64,000 bases of DNA from an uncultured Aureispira sp. (GTDB taxonomy: Bacteria; Bacteroidota; Bacteroidia; Chitinophagales; Saprospiraceae), in NCBI GenBank assembly GCA_964399855.1, contig CAYNSF010000002.1, positions 71,691-135,690 of the forward strand, written 5' to 3'. Below, piece by piece: positions 9,578 through 18,891 of the stretch. The notes below the pieces were generated by a model. It did not search any database, was not told the origin of the DNA, and was given only the letters and a program-made list of their open reading frames with translations. Each line of letters starts with the position of its first letter. Position 1 is the first letter of the stretch. The position numbers and the translations under genes were made by a program.

Positions 9578-10260
9578 TTGGCCCGGAGGCTATTGAGAAA
9601 TTAAGACAAGCACGAATATTGGTCGTAGGGCTCGGTGGAGTAGGGAGCTATGCTGGCGAATTTCTTGTACGAGGCGGCATCGGTACTATCCATATAATAG
9701 ACGGAGATACAGTTGATATAACCAATATCAATCGACAAATGCAGGCTGTTCATAGTACCATAGGGATGTCCAAAGCACAGTTGTTAAAAGAGCGATTTGA
9801 AGATATAAATCCAGAAATTAACCTTACCTTTCATGAGACTTTCCTTGAGCCAGATAAAATGGAAACTTTAATACGAGCGTATGATTTTGATTTTATCTTA
9901 GATTGTATTGATTCTGTTTCGCCTAAACTATCTTTGATTAAAACAGCCTTATCTGTTGATACCCATTTAATCAGTGCCATGGGTGCCGGAGGCAAAACAG
10001 ATCCTTCAAAGATCAGGGTAGGAGATATATGGGAAACAAATTCATGTAAATTTGCCAGAATGCTTCGCAAAAGATTGAAAAGAGAAGATATACGGCAGAA
10101 CTTTATAGCTGTATATTCTGAAGAAGTACAGCCAAGAAGTGCGCTCGAATTTACGGACGGACGCAATTATAAAAAATCTTATTACGGCACTATTTCCTAT
10201 ATGCCAGCCTTATTCGGGCTTACAATGGCTTCCGAAGCGATCAGGCAGATTATAAGGTGA
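9538..10260 (+). CDS. tcdA: tRNA threonylcarbamoyladenosine dehydratase (ThiF/E1-like)
   Basis: 240 aa. Rossmann motif VVGLGGVGS, followed by IIDGDTVDITNINRQ, typical of TcdA/CsdL. Confidence 0.75.
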   Translation: MEIPRWLERTALLIGPEAIEKLRQARILVVGLGGVGSYAGEFLVRGGIGTIHIIDGDTVDITNINRQMQAVHSTIGMSKAQLLKERFEDINPEINLTFHETFLEPDKMETLIRAYDFDFILDCIDSVSPKLSLIKTALSVDTHLISAMGAGGKTDPSKIRVGDIWETNSCKFARMLRKRLKREDIRQNFIAVYSEEVQPRSALEFTDGRNYKKSYYGTISYMPALFGLTMASEAIRQIIR

Positions 10261-10346
10261 TTGTATTATTTGAAATCAGTATTCAAGTAAGTACGACAGT
10301 TCGATAGAGGTTGAGATTTCTTGCCGAACAACTTGTGTAATAAAAT

Positions 10347-10377
10347 AGGGCAGATACTTTTTAAAAATACCTGCCCT
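10347..10377. terminator. possible bidirectional terminator hairpin between convergent genes
   Basis: agggcag ... ctgccct 7-bp stem with a 17-nt AT loop. Flanked by A/T-rich sequence on both sides. Confidence 0.35.
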
Positions 10378-10462
10378 TGATTATTTGTAACTACTCAGAT
10401 AAATGTTTCAATTCATGTTTTTTTGATTGAATGAGTAGATACGATTATTTCAATATGGACAA

Positions 10463-10882
10463 TTAATGTCCGTGGCAATGGAAATTCACTTTTTTAGAAC
10501 TGGTTTTGCCGTCGTGATCTAAAATTGCGATTACCTCCAATTCCATATCATTGTGTCCGTGTAAATTGTTTATCCAACTTTCGTCAATATTGATAGATGC
10601 TCCGTGTGCATGTACATCTTTTTCATACTTTACGGTATTGTCCGACTTCTGACGAATGACAATCTGAAATCCATGTAAACCTTTGGAATATTCGATTTTT
10701 CCCGTAATACTTACCGTTTCATCGCTTTCAAATGTCTGCGATTCTGTTGGAGTGGTAATTGTAATTGTAGCCTTTTCTAATTCTGGTTCTTGAGTTTTCT
10801 CGTCTTTGTCACACGATGTAGCGAACAATGTTGCTGCTACCATGAATCCTAATGCGATTGATTTTAATTTATAACTTAACAT
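10463..10882 (-). CDS. His-rich lipoprotein, probably Ig-like fold (candidate metal binder)
   Basis: 139 aa. Lipobox LFATSC. His clusters HAHG, HGHN and C-terminal HCHGH. Last gene of a three-gene minus-strand unit. Confidence 0.6.
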   Translation of the reverse strand: MLSYKLKSIALGFMVAATLFATSCDKDEKTQEPELEKATITITTPTESQTFESDETVSITGKIEYSKGLHGFQIVIRQKSDNTVKYEKDVHAHGASINIDESWINNLHGHNDMELEVIAILDHDGKTSSKKVNFHCHGH

Positions 10883-10915
10883 AATATTTTGATTTTGAAA
10901 TGTTTAAAAAAATAA

Positions 10916-11848
10916 TTAAAGTTGATAGGCAATGCCGATGTTAAACCGTGAGTTGCCTGTAATCTGACCTTGTGCGATGTGCTGATAAAGCGGTATTTGC
11001 GTGTTGGCATTGAGGATAAACCTTTTGTAATACAAATCGAATCCTGCACCGCCCAATACGCTCTGACTACCTGTATATTCAGCATCTGCACCGTTGTCCG
11101 TATCTCTAAACCCGTGTTCATATCCCACGCTCAGATGTGGCAGTATAGTAAAGTCACCTTTGCCTAACCAATAAAATGTCCTTACAGATGTGGATATTCT
11201 GTCACCAAATTTGTAATCTCTTTTATTATACATATTCAACCTATAGTTGGCTTCTGCATTAGCGCCCCACTTGTCCTTGCGTATGGTGTATATGAGACTG
11301 AACGGTATGTCAAATGCGCCAGTTCCAGCTTGCAAACTCGGTATTAATAATCCGCTGTGTTCCTGTATGTCGTTGCTTTTTCCAGTGGGCAACTTGATAC
11401 CAGTGCCAATTTGCAAAGCATGTTTCCATTTTTGCTCCATAATATCTCCTGTATTGAACACGATGTAATGTGCCATTAAGCTGATATCTCCAATCCCGGA
11501 TACTACCGAATGAATCTGATCTTCATCTTTCGTGTAATAATTGTACGGTACGAAAGCAAACAAATGTACATTTGGGTGTGGTACATATCTACCCCAAAGC
11601 TCGGTGGTATGAAAAGTTTCCTGTGTTTTTAGTGGTGTTTCGCCTGGAAAAAGTGTCAAGTGTTCAGAAATAAAACTTCGGTGCTGATAACGCAAACCGA
11701 CAAAATTTTGCTGAAACTGCGGTAAAATTCCAAAGTAATTTCCTCCGACACCACAACCGCATACATCACAAGCCGAAGCGGTGTTTACGGATAGAGCCAT
11801 ACTTAAAGCAACAATAGTTATTGCTTTGAACCATATATTAATGCTCAT
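10916..11848 (-). CDS. outer-membrane beta-barrel protein with N-terminal CDVCGCG motif
   Basis: 310 aa with a signal peptide ending ASA. CDVCGCGVGG follows immediately after it. Alternating beta-strand pattern to the C-terminus (NIGIAYQL). Confidence 0.6.
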   Translation of the reverse strand: MSINIWFKAITIVALSMALSVNTASACDVCGCGVGGNYFGILPQFQQNFVGLRYQHRSFISEHLTLFPGETPLKTQETFHTTELWGRYVPHPNVHLFAFVPYNYYTKDEDQIHSVVSGIGDISLMAHYIVFNTGDIMEQKWKHALQIGTGIKLPTGKSNDIQEHSGLLIPSLQAGTGAFDIPFSLIYTIRKDKWGANAEANYRLNMYNKRDYKFGDRISTSVRTFYWLGKGDFTILPHLSVGYEHGFRDTDNGADAEYTGSQSVLGGAGFDLYYKRFILNANTQIPLYQHIAQGQITGNSRFNIGIAYQL

Positions 11849-11996
11849 TTTGATATATTTTATTTGTTTAATAAATTATAGGATAAGATATGCTATATTC
11901 AATATCCTATATCCTATATCCTATATCCTTGATGCACTTGCATTACTACAATACAAGCACATAAATATGATTTCTGACTTAGTCTAAAATCATGTA

Positions 11997-12386
11997 TTAA
12001 ACAAATGTAAACTCAGGCGGGTGAAAAATATCTTTAGGTAAAGAGGAGATAAAAAAGTTATTCTTATAAGCATACGGTAATTTTATCTCGCATAAGTCTA
12101 TAATATTATTGCGAAACTCAAATGACTGTATGTTGTAACAATACAAAATTTCAACGTATTCTTGTTGGGTTTTTGGAGCTTGTTTCTTCTCTTGATCTTC
12201 AGCTTTGTCTATCCGTTTTTTAAGGAGACATTTACCTTGACAAGTATTTCCTTTTATTTCCTTTTTAACACAATGCGTTTTAGCAAGGGTATCTTGGTTG
12301 ATTTTGAATGAAACGACAATCCATGCCTTGCTAAATAATTGCAAGAAAATTAATAAGACTAATAATATGGTCGTTAGCTGTTTCAA
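11997..12386 (-). CDS. small membrane-anchored Cys-rich protein of unknown function
   Basis: 129 aa with one N-terminal hydrophobic helix. HCVKKEIKGNTCQGKCLLKK Cys cluster followed by a charged linker. First gene of the unit. Confidence 0.5.
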   Translation of the reverse strand: MKQLTTILLVLLIFLQLFSKAWIVVSFKINQDTLAKTHCVKKEIKGNTCQGKCLLKKRIDKAEDQEKKQAPKTQQEYVEILYCYNIQSFEFRNNIIDLCEIKLPYAYKNNFFISSLPKDIFHPPEFTFV

Positions 12387-12488
12387 ATCAGGTACAAAGT
12401 TAAGAATTTTTCCTTAAAATATTGTTATTTTTTTGACTTTTTTTCATGTAGTAAGAATTTTGGGTCATTTTATCATATATATGACTTA

Positions 12489-12602
12489 AAATCCCACATT
12501 TATTATCCTAAAAATAAACATTTGGTGTCCGTGACAATGATAAAATACCATTTTTGAAGTTGTATAACCGGAGCGAATTAAAATTACAATTGCTTTCAAT
12601 TC
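12489..12602 (-). pseudogene. C-terminal remnant of a paralogue of the His-rich lipoprotein
   Basis: Minus-strand translation ELKAIVILIRSGYTTSKMVFYHCHGH aligns with ELEVIAILDHDGKTSSKKVNFHCHGH, the end of the 10463-10882 product. The stop is mutated (TAA to CAA) and the N-terminal part is missing. Confidence 0.65.
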
Positions 12603-12705
12603 TGATATCTGGCATAGAACACTTAGCGTTCGGTAAATTTTATCAAAATCTTATACCCTATGAAACATTCGGTTTAAATCGTTGTTCCAATCTAAAATTA
12701 ATAAT

Positions 12706-13203
12706 ATGTCGATAGTTAAAGCTTTGATTTCAGAAATCAAACACGAAGCAGAAAGTACTAAGAAAATGTTGTCATTGGTGACGGAAGAACATTTTGATTT
12801 TAAACCACATGAAAAATCAATGAGCATGAAATCATTGGCGACACATATCGCTGTCCTCAATGGCTGGCCTGGTTTAATTGCTACTACATCAGAATTTGAT
12901 TTGGCAAGTAAAGATGTACCACAACCAACTGTAAATAATAACGAGGAGTTGGTCGCTGCATTTGATGGAGCCATAAAAGACACACTTTCAAAATTGGAAA
13001 ATGTCAGTGATGCTGATTTGGATGCGATGTGGACACTAAAATATGGTGATCTTGTAATCATGGAAATGCCGAGAGATAGTTTTATCCGTTTTATGGGAAT
13101 GAATCACATGATCCACCATAGGGCTCAATTGGGTGTATATCTCCGATTGTTGAATATTCCAATACCTGGCATGTACGGTCCAAGTGCAGATGATAACCAA
13201 TAA
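12706..13203 (+). CDS. DinB-family (DinB/YfiT-like) protein
   Basis: C-terminal HMIHHRAQLGVYLRLLNIPIPGMYGPSADD is typical of DinB_2 proteins. I prefer the ATG at 12706 over the TTG at 12682. Confidence 0.7.
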   Translation: MSIVKALISEIKHEAESTKKMLSLVTEEHFDFKPHEKSMSMKSLATHIAVLNGWPGLIATTSEFDLASKDVPQPTVNNNEELVAAFDGAIKDTLSKLENVSDADLDAMWTLKYGDLVIMEMPRDSFIRFMGMNHMIHHRAQLGVYLRLLNIPIPGMYGPSADDNQ

Positions 13204-13232
13204 TTATTGAAGTTTCATTCAAAATTAATAGA

Positions 13233-13266
13233 GCGTAATGCAGCCCGTTTTGAAGTTGCATTACGC
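13233..13266 (+). terminator. possible terminator hairpin after the DinB-family gene
   Basis: gcgtaatgca / tgcattacgc 10-bp stem with a 14-nt loop. The downstream T tract is weak (cctttatag). Confidence 0.35.
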
Positions 13267-13422
13267 CCTTTATAGTATTATTGAGTTTGATTAGGGTATG
13301 TTATAATCCTATGAATGAACAGCTAAAGCCCTAAATGCCGATTTTAGACCTTGAACCGATCATTTTATAATATTGTTGTAATATAGTGTTAGTTGAACTA
13401 AACCTCTAATTTTCTAAATATA

Positions 13423-14115
13423 ATGGCCAATAAAACAGTAATCGTCACGGGTGCTTCCGGCAATTTGGGAACGGCTGTAGTCGATTATTTTCTGGATGAA
13501 GGAGATATCGTGATTGGTGTCGTTCATCGAATACGTGATATTCACCATCCACATCCAAATTACAAAGAAGTCGTCATCGACCTCATGAGCGAATCCACTA
13601 CTACAAATGCTATAGAGGAGATATTGAAAACTTACCCAACTATAGATGTTGGCGTGATGACGGCAGGTGGTTTTACCATGGGCAATTTTGAGCAATCAAC
13701 GCTAAGCGATTTGCGACAGCAATACGACCTGAATTTTGCTACGGCATATAATATCGCCCGTCCGCTTTATGCAAAGATGAAAGCACAAGGAAGTGGCAGC
13801 GTATTTTTTATAGGCTCAGGCGCAGGTATGGATACGAGTACAGGCAAAAGCGTTGTAGCTTATGCACTATCTAAGTCTCAACTTTTTCAGTTGGCCCATA
13901 TCATCAATGCGGATGCTAAGCAAACGGGAGTCAATGCCTTTGTGATCGTTCCTTCTACCATCGATACACCGCAAAATAGAGCTTCTATGCCAAAGGCTGA
14001 TTTTAGCAAATGGGAAAAACCGGAGGCTATCGCCGAAATTATCGGTAAAACAGCAAATAATAATGAAAGTGGCGGTCATGTCATTGTTGTAAAGGAAGTT
14101 TTAGATATGAAATAA
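13423..14115 (+). CDS. SDR-family oxidoreductase
   Basis: 230 aa. TGASGNLG dinucleotide motif and YALSK catalytic YxxxK. Confidence 0.8.
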   Translation: MANKTVIVTGASGNLGTAVVDYFLDEGDIVIGVVHRIRDIHHPHPNYKEVVIDLMSESTTTNAIEEILKTYPTIDVGVMTAGGFTMGNFEQSTLSDLRQQYDLNFATAYNIARPLYAKMKAQGSGSVFFIGSGAGMDTSTGKSVVAYALSKSQLFQLAHIINADAKQTGVNAFVIVPSTIDTPQNRASMPKADFSKWEKPEAIAEIIGKTANNNESGGHVIVVKEVLDMK

Positions 14116-14238
14116 ATGCATTTTTATATACTATGATTATCATTTTTAAACCATCCGATTTTAGTCTGTGAAAAATCTTCGTTTCATCATACAGTTGGGT
14201 TAAAGTGGTTTTTTCTGGAATTACTTTCAAAAATAGAT

Positions 14239-14269
14239 GTTATTCAAAATATTTTATATTTTGAATAAC
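14239..14269. repeat. perfect 14-bp inverted repeat (gttattcaaaatat ttt atattttgaataac)
   Basis: Read directly from the sequence. Lies between convergent genes. Could be a terminator or a protein-binding palindrome. Confidence 0.6.
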
Positions 14270-14523
14270 AATGACGTTTAGTTCAGGTACATGTGGCTTA
14301 TATACAATATTTTATGCCATGGATAAAAAGCAATGAAACAATAAAGTAAAATAAACAACCCAAAATTGAAACCCGTTCAAAAAAAACAAGGATATAAACT
14401 GAATGTTTAAATAAATGTTATCACCTTGATAATCCTGTTTCATATAAGTCATAAATCTCTTTAGAATCCACTGACAAAACGACATTGAATCTAAATTCCT
14501 AAATCTAAATTCGTAAAATACCC

Positions 14524-15618
14524 CTACTCAAACGGATTTTTAAACGCTGGATTATTAAGAAAAGTCGTGTCTTCAAAGGTCTCTATAAAAGCTAAAAGGG
14601 CGTTCCTATAGAAAGGCGTGATTGGTTCATTTTGTAGATTTCTGTCCCGATTTGGAGCGTTTTTTACACCGCCGCCATAGTGGTCAAAGACTTCATCGAG
14701 CGTTTTAAATCTTCCGTCGTGCATATATGGTGCAGAATACTTGATATTGCGCAGCGAAGTAGCTTTAAATTTTCCATTGTCTATCGGTCGCAAGGTCGCC
14801 TCACCACGACCAAAATCTTTAAAATCATAAAATGTACTTGAAAAATCCAAGCCATTATTAAAGAAATCGTCCGAAGTCATCAGCGGTGTATTGTGGCAAT
14901 GTCCACATTCCATATCTGGCAAATCCGGGTCATCATCAAAATATAGTCCTTGACCTATCAACTCTATATCCGTAAAAAAATCCTTGCCGTCTTGGATACG
15001 ATCGTATTTGGAATCTTTTGAAATGAGCGTTCGTTGAAATTGTGCCATAGCTTTTGCAGCGAGCTCTTTGGTGATTTCTTTTCGGTCATTGATACCAAAC
15101 GCCTCGCGAAACATAGCTGGATATTTAGGGTGTTTTTGAAGCTTAGTAATAACATTTGTCCATGTGTCGTGTAGTTCTACAGGATCTTCAACCGGTAATA
15201 GCGCCTGTTCTTCCAATGTTTTCGCTCGACCGTCCCAAAACATGCCTGACTTCACAAAGCCAATATTTATCAGACTCATACTGCTACGTCGTCCTTCGAA
15301 ACCATCGATTCCTGTACTAAAAGCTTTTCCGTCTGTGAAGTTAAACTCCTGGATATGACACGAACCACAAGACATGGTACTATCAGCTGAGAGGATCGGG
15401 TCATAAAATAAATGTCTGCCTAATTCAATACCTTGTTGAGTGAGTGGATTGTCTGCTGGTATGTACATCTGTGGGAAATGCTTAGGTATATCAAGTACAT
15501 AGCTTATCGGTTGATAAGGAAATTGTGACAAATCTCCCTTATTATTGTCATCACGTTCACATGCGAACAACAATACAAAAAAAGATAATAAAGTTAAGGC
15601 AGTTATTTTTAATTTCAT
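14524..15618 (-). CDS. di-haem cytochrome c peroxidase family protein (CCP/MauG/MbnH-like), lipoprotein
   Basis: 364 aa. Lipobox LLFAC. Two CxxCH haem sites (CGSCH, CGHCH). Confidence 0.85.
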   Translation of the reverse strand: MKLKITALTLLSFFVLLFACERDDNNKGDLSQFPYQPISYVLDIPKHFPQMYIPADNPLTQQGIELGRHLFYDPILSADSTMSCGSCHIQEFNFTDGKAFSTGIDGFEGRRSSMSLINIGFVKSGMFWDGRAKTLEEQALLPVEDPVELHDTWTNVITKLQKHPKYPAMFREAFGINDRKEITKELAAKAMAQFQRTLISKDSKYDRIQDGKDFFTDIELIGQGLYFDDDPDLPDMECGHCHNTPLMTSDDFFNNGLDFSSTFYDFKDFGRGEATLRPIDNGKFKATSLRNIKYSAPYMHDGRFKTLDEVFDHYGGGVKNAPNRDRNLQNEPITPFYRNALLAFIETFEDTTFLNNPAFKNPFE

Positions 15619-15873
15619 ATTCCAGATATTAACAAATCAAGAAATCATGAACAAAGCTCTTTAGTATAAACGCATTTTAAGGAATAAAGATTACATTTTG
15701 TCATGGATTTGCCTTCAAATTGATCATCTTATTTTCAAAGCAAATATTTAAGTTAGGAATCGCCGTCTTCGCTTCTTGCATTAATCAAAGCCATTAATCA
15801 TTATCTATTGACCAGTTTTCGTTATTATTTCCCTTTTTTTAATACATTTGCACTTAATAAGTATATACTTTTG

Positions 15874-17088
15874 ATGAAGCGAATATTTACCAGTTTTTTT
15901 GTAGTCTTAAGCTTAGTTGTTTTTGCTCAAAAGGAAAATCATGTGGAACCGGACGAGGATTTGAGAATGTCCGTTTTACCTTATTATAATTTTGGGAAAG
16001 GCTTGGGACTTACATCTCCGGATAGTATTTTTCAATTGAATATCCGTTTCAGAATGCAAAACAGGGCTACTTATATACTTGGCGATGATGATAAAATCAA
16101 TGCAGAGATACGAAGATTGCGATTGAGATTTGACGGATATGTAGGTAGTCCCGATTTCAAATATACGATACAACTATCGTTTGCACCAGGAGATACGGGC
16201 GGAGGCATAGAAGCAGGAGAAAATTTGAATGTCATCCGAGATGCAGTTGTGTATTATCAACCAGATGACAGTTGGACATTTAGTTTTGGACAAACCAAAC
16301 TTCCTGGCAATAGGCAACGTGTGAATTCTTCGGGTGCATTGCAATTTACAGACCGTTCTATCAATAATGCACGGTTTACTATAGATAGGGATTTTGGACT
16401 TCAAATACATAATCTCAATGAATTTAAACATCATTTTTCCTATAATTTTAAAGCAGCGATCACGACAGGTGAAGGTCGTAATGACACCCAAAACGCCGAT
16501 ACAGGTTTGGCTTATACAGGAAAAGTTGAGCTTTTCCCTTTCGGATCATTTAAGAATAATGGAACCTATTTTGAGGGAGATTTAGCCAGAGAGACTACTC
16601 CAAAATTGATGCTTTCTGGAGCATATTCCTATAATGATAGAGCGTCGAAATCACAGGGTCAGTTGGGAGAAAGACTATTCGAAAAACGGGATTTACGTGC
16701 TTTATTATTAGATGCTATGTTCAAATACAATGGCTGGTCATTGATGTCAGCATATATGAATAGGAAATCGGATAATCCAATAACCATTAATCCCAATAAT
16801 ATCGAAGATATAGCTTTCGTATATGCTGGAAGTGGTATGGATTACCAATTGAGCTACCTATTTACTAATAATTTTGAGCTATTGGGAAGATATTCATGGC
16901 AAAATATGGATGAGCATGTAGCATCCTACGTCCCAAATCAAAAGCAATACAGTTTTGGTCTAACTAAATACATCTGGGAACACGCATTCAAAATGCAAGC
17001 GGAGATTACGTATGATGAGTTGAGCTATTACAGTGGGTCGTTAAAAAATCAGTGGTACTTCCGTTTTCAGGTGGAAATGGGAATATAA
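15874..17088 (+). CDS. outer-membrane porin (phosphate-selective porin O/P-like)
   Basis: I prefer the ATG at 15874 (MKRIFTSFFVVLSLVVFAQ signal peptide). Beta-barrel pattern and length resemble porin O/P proteins. Family call is from memory. Confidence 0.55.
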   Translation: MKRIFTSFFVVLSLVVFAQKENHVEPDEDLRMSVLPYYNFGKGLGLTSPDSIFQLNIRFRMQNRATYILGDDDKINAEIRRLRLRFDGYVGSPDFKYTIQLSFAPGDTGGGIEAGENLNVIRDAVVYYQPDDSWTFSFGQTKLPGNRQRVNSSGALQFTDRSINNARFTIDRDFGLQIHNLNEFKHHFSYNFKAAITTGEGRNDTQNADTGLAYTGKVELFPFGSFKNNGTYFEGDLARETTPKLMLSGAYSYNDRASKSQGQLGERLFEKRDLRALLLDAMFKYNGWSLMSAYMNRKSDNPITINPNNIEDIAFVYAGSGMDYQLSYLFTNNFELLGRYSWQNMDEHVASYVPNQKQYSFGLTKYIWEHAFKMQAEITYDELSYYSGSLKNQWYFRFQVEMGI

Positions 17089-17150
17089 GTGTATTGGGTC
17101 TAATAAAGTTAGTTGCTAAATCAAAACTTCAATAGATAAAACCAGTTTCC

Positions 17151-17945
17151 TTATCTCACATTCAACAAAAACCTTAAATTATCCGTAACAAGTATCCTTA
17201 TTTGGTCATAAGATCCCATCAAATCCACATCATCTAATAAAACTTTGTAATTCGCAGTAATCTTTGCGTTTATAGGTCGTCCAGGTATAGAAGTTAAGAT
17301 AGAATCCCGAATCGTATAATCCATTCTAAAATCTGGTGCAATGTAAATACTGAGTGTTGTATCAACAGGTTGAAGCACTTTGACCCTCAATATCGCAGAA
17401 GCTTGTTCTCCAGAAGCATCATTGAGTCTGTAATTATTTAATAACGCATGTCCTACAGGCAAGTTTACGAAGCTATTATTGGCGAAATCTTCAGAAATAC
17501 CCATGGTAAATTGAAGACTATCAAATTTGCCAAACGTTCTTATTGTACCTGCTTTGACCAAAGACTCATTGTCAGCTGTTATTTTGATGTCGTCTGGAAT
17601 GATTTCGCCGGTTTCTACGATTTGTATGGCTTCTGTCACGGTTTGTTCTGTTCCATCCTGAAACAATCTAAATTGAGAAACATAATATCTCAGACCGAGA
17701 AGGATAAATTGTTGTCCCAACTGATTGGTCAATGTATCTCCACGGCGATAGATGCTATCTCCATAAAAATTGCTTGAATTGAGCCTTAACTCTGGATATG
17801 TGCAACATTGAACACAATGGTCATCAGCACCGGCATCATAGTTGGCAGCATAAGTATCTAAACAGCCATCTTTTCTGGTATAGCAACTGTATATCAAAAT
17901 GTTGACAAAAACGACCAAAGCAATTCGAGACCAATTATTTACCAT
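17151..17945 (-). CDS. hypothetical lipoprotein, possibly MbnP-like partner of the peroxidase
   Basis: 264 aa. Lipobox-like ILIYSC. CLDTYAANYDAGADDHC motif. The QQFILLGLRYYVSQFRLFQDG segment is reminiscent of MbnP-family proteins. Overlaps the upstream exonuclease gene by 11 nt. Confidence 0.35.
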   Translation of the reverse strand: MVNNWSRIALVVFVNILIYSCYTRKDGCLDTYAANYDAGADDHCVQCCTYPELRLNSSNFYGDSIYRRGDTLTNQLGQQFILLGLRYYVSQFRLFQDGTEQTVTEAIQIVETGEIIPDDIKITADNESLVKAGTIRTFGKFDSLQFTMGISEDFANNSFVNLPVGHALLNNYRLNDASGEQASAILRVKVLQPVDTTLSIYIAPDFRMDYTIRDSILTSIPGRPINAKITANYKVLLDDVDLMGSYDQIRILVTDNLRFLLNVR

Positions 17946-18756
17946 GAAGTTGATTATGAATTTTGGTGATGATTTGCTTTACTTGAGCCGAAAAATCCTT
18001 TTCTATCATCCAATGAAAATAGCTGGGTTCTAACTTGAAAACTTCAGCAACTGGACGACCACTGTATTTTCCAAAATTGAAGACGATTTCCGATTTGGCA
18101 TTGAGTTTCAACCGCTGAGTAATATCAATCGAAGCATCATCTTTGATGAAATCAGCTATCGCTTTCATGTTATTTTGAATTGGAGCTTTTGTTACATTTC
18201 CGTCGCCGTCTATATAATCTACCTCTTTGTATCTGCTTATTTGACCTTTGAATACTTCCACTGTAGCACGTACGTCCGCAAGTGCATCATGGGCATCTTC
18301 GAGTTCCTGATCACAATAATATTTATAAGCGGCCTTCAATGTACGTGGCTCCATTTTGTAAAATATCTTCTGCACATCGATCAACCGACGATGACTGATA
18401 ACCAATTGAATACCGATTCTGTCTAATTCTTCGATGAGCATAGGTATATCAAATCTATCAGAATTGTAACCGCCCAAATCTGCTTGACCAATAAAGTCAA
18501 AAATCTTTTGACCAACTTGTTGAAATGTAGGTTTGTTTCTAACATCCTCATTACTAATGCCATGTATCTTGTATGCTTCCTCCGATATGGGTATTCCAGG
18601 GTTAAGCATCATCGTCAATTCCTGTGGTTCTTCGGAAGATTTTGAATATTTAATAAGTGCTATCTGAATAATTCTATCTTGTATAATATTAAGTCCAGTA
18701 GATTCTATATCAAAAAAAACGATATCTCTGTCTAAGTTAAATGGCTGTGTGGGCAT
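17935..18756 (-). CDS. 3'-5' exonuclease, DnaQ/DEDD superfamily
   Basis: 273 aa. Exo I FFDIESTGL, Exo II-like GYNSDRFDIPML, Exo III HDALADV. Confidence 0.8.
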   Translation of the reverse strand: MPTQPFNLDRDIVFFDIESTGLNIIQDRIIQIALIKYSKSSEEPQELTMMLNPGIPISEEAYKIHGISNEDVRNKPTFQQVGQKIFDFIGQADLGGYNSDRFDIPMLIEELDRIGIQLVISHRRLIDVQKIFYKMEPRTLKAAYKYYCDQELEDAHDALADVRATVEVFKGQISRYKEVDYIDGDGNVTKAPIQNNMKAIADFIKDDASIDITQRLKLNAKSEIVFNFGKYSGRPVAEVFKLEPSYFHWMIEKDFSAQVKQIITKIHNQLHGK

Positions 18757-18891
18757 ATTCTATTTTTATTCGTTATTTAGATTATATTTTGAAAATATAC
18801 AGCTTCCATTAGTCGTTAAATTCCCGTCCTTATTGCTGTCATAAATAGGGTATGAGTAAGATGGATTTTGAAAAGTGTTCATTCGGTATTA

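Noticed and set aside
9831-10166. 111-aa minus-strand ORF, with comparable ones at 16174-16491 and 17448-17777
   Set aside because: They are antisense to tcdA, the porin and the lipoprotein gene respectively, with no independent support.
10876-11121. 81-aa minus-strand ORF overlapping the end of the beta-barrel gene
   Set aside because: It is out of frame within the 310-aa beta-barrel CDS, and the barrel ORF explains the region.
12651-13061. 136-aa minus-strand ORF
   Set aside because: It is antisense to the DinB-family gene, which has a clear family signature. The ORF has no motif and a Ser/Ala-rich artefact-like composition.
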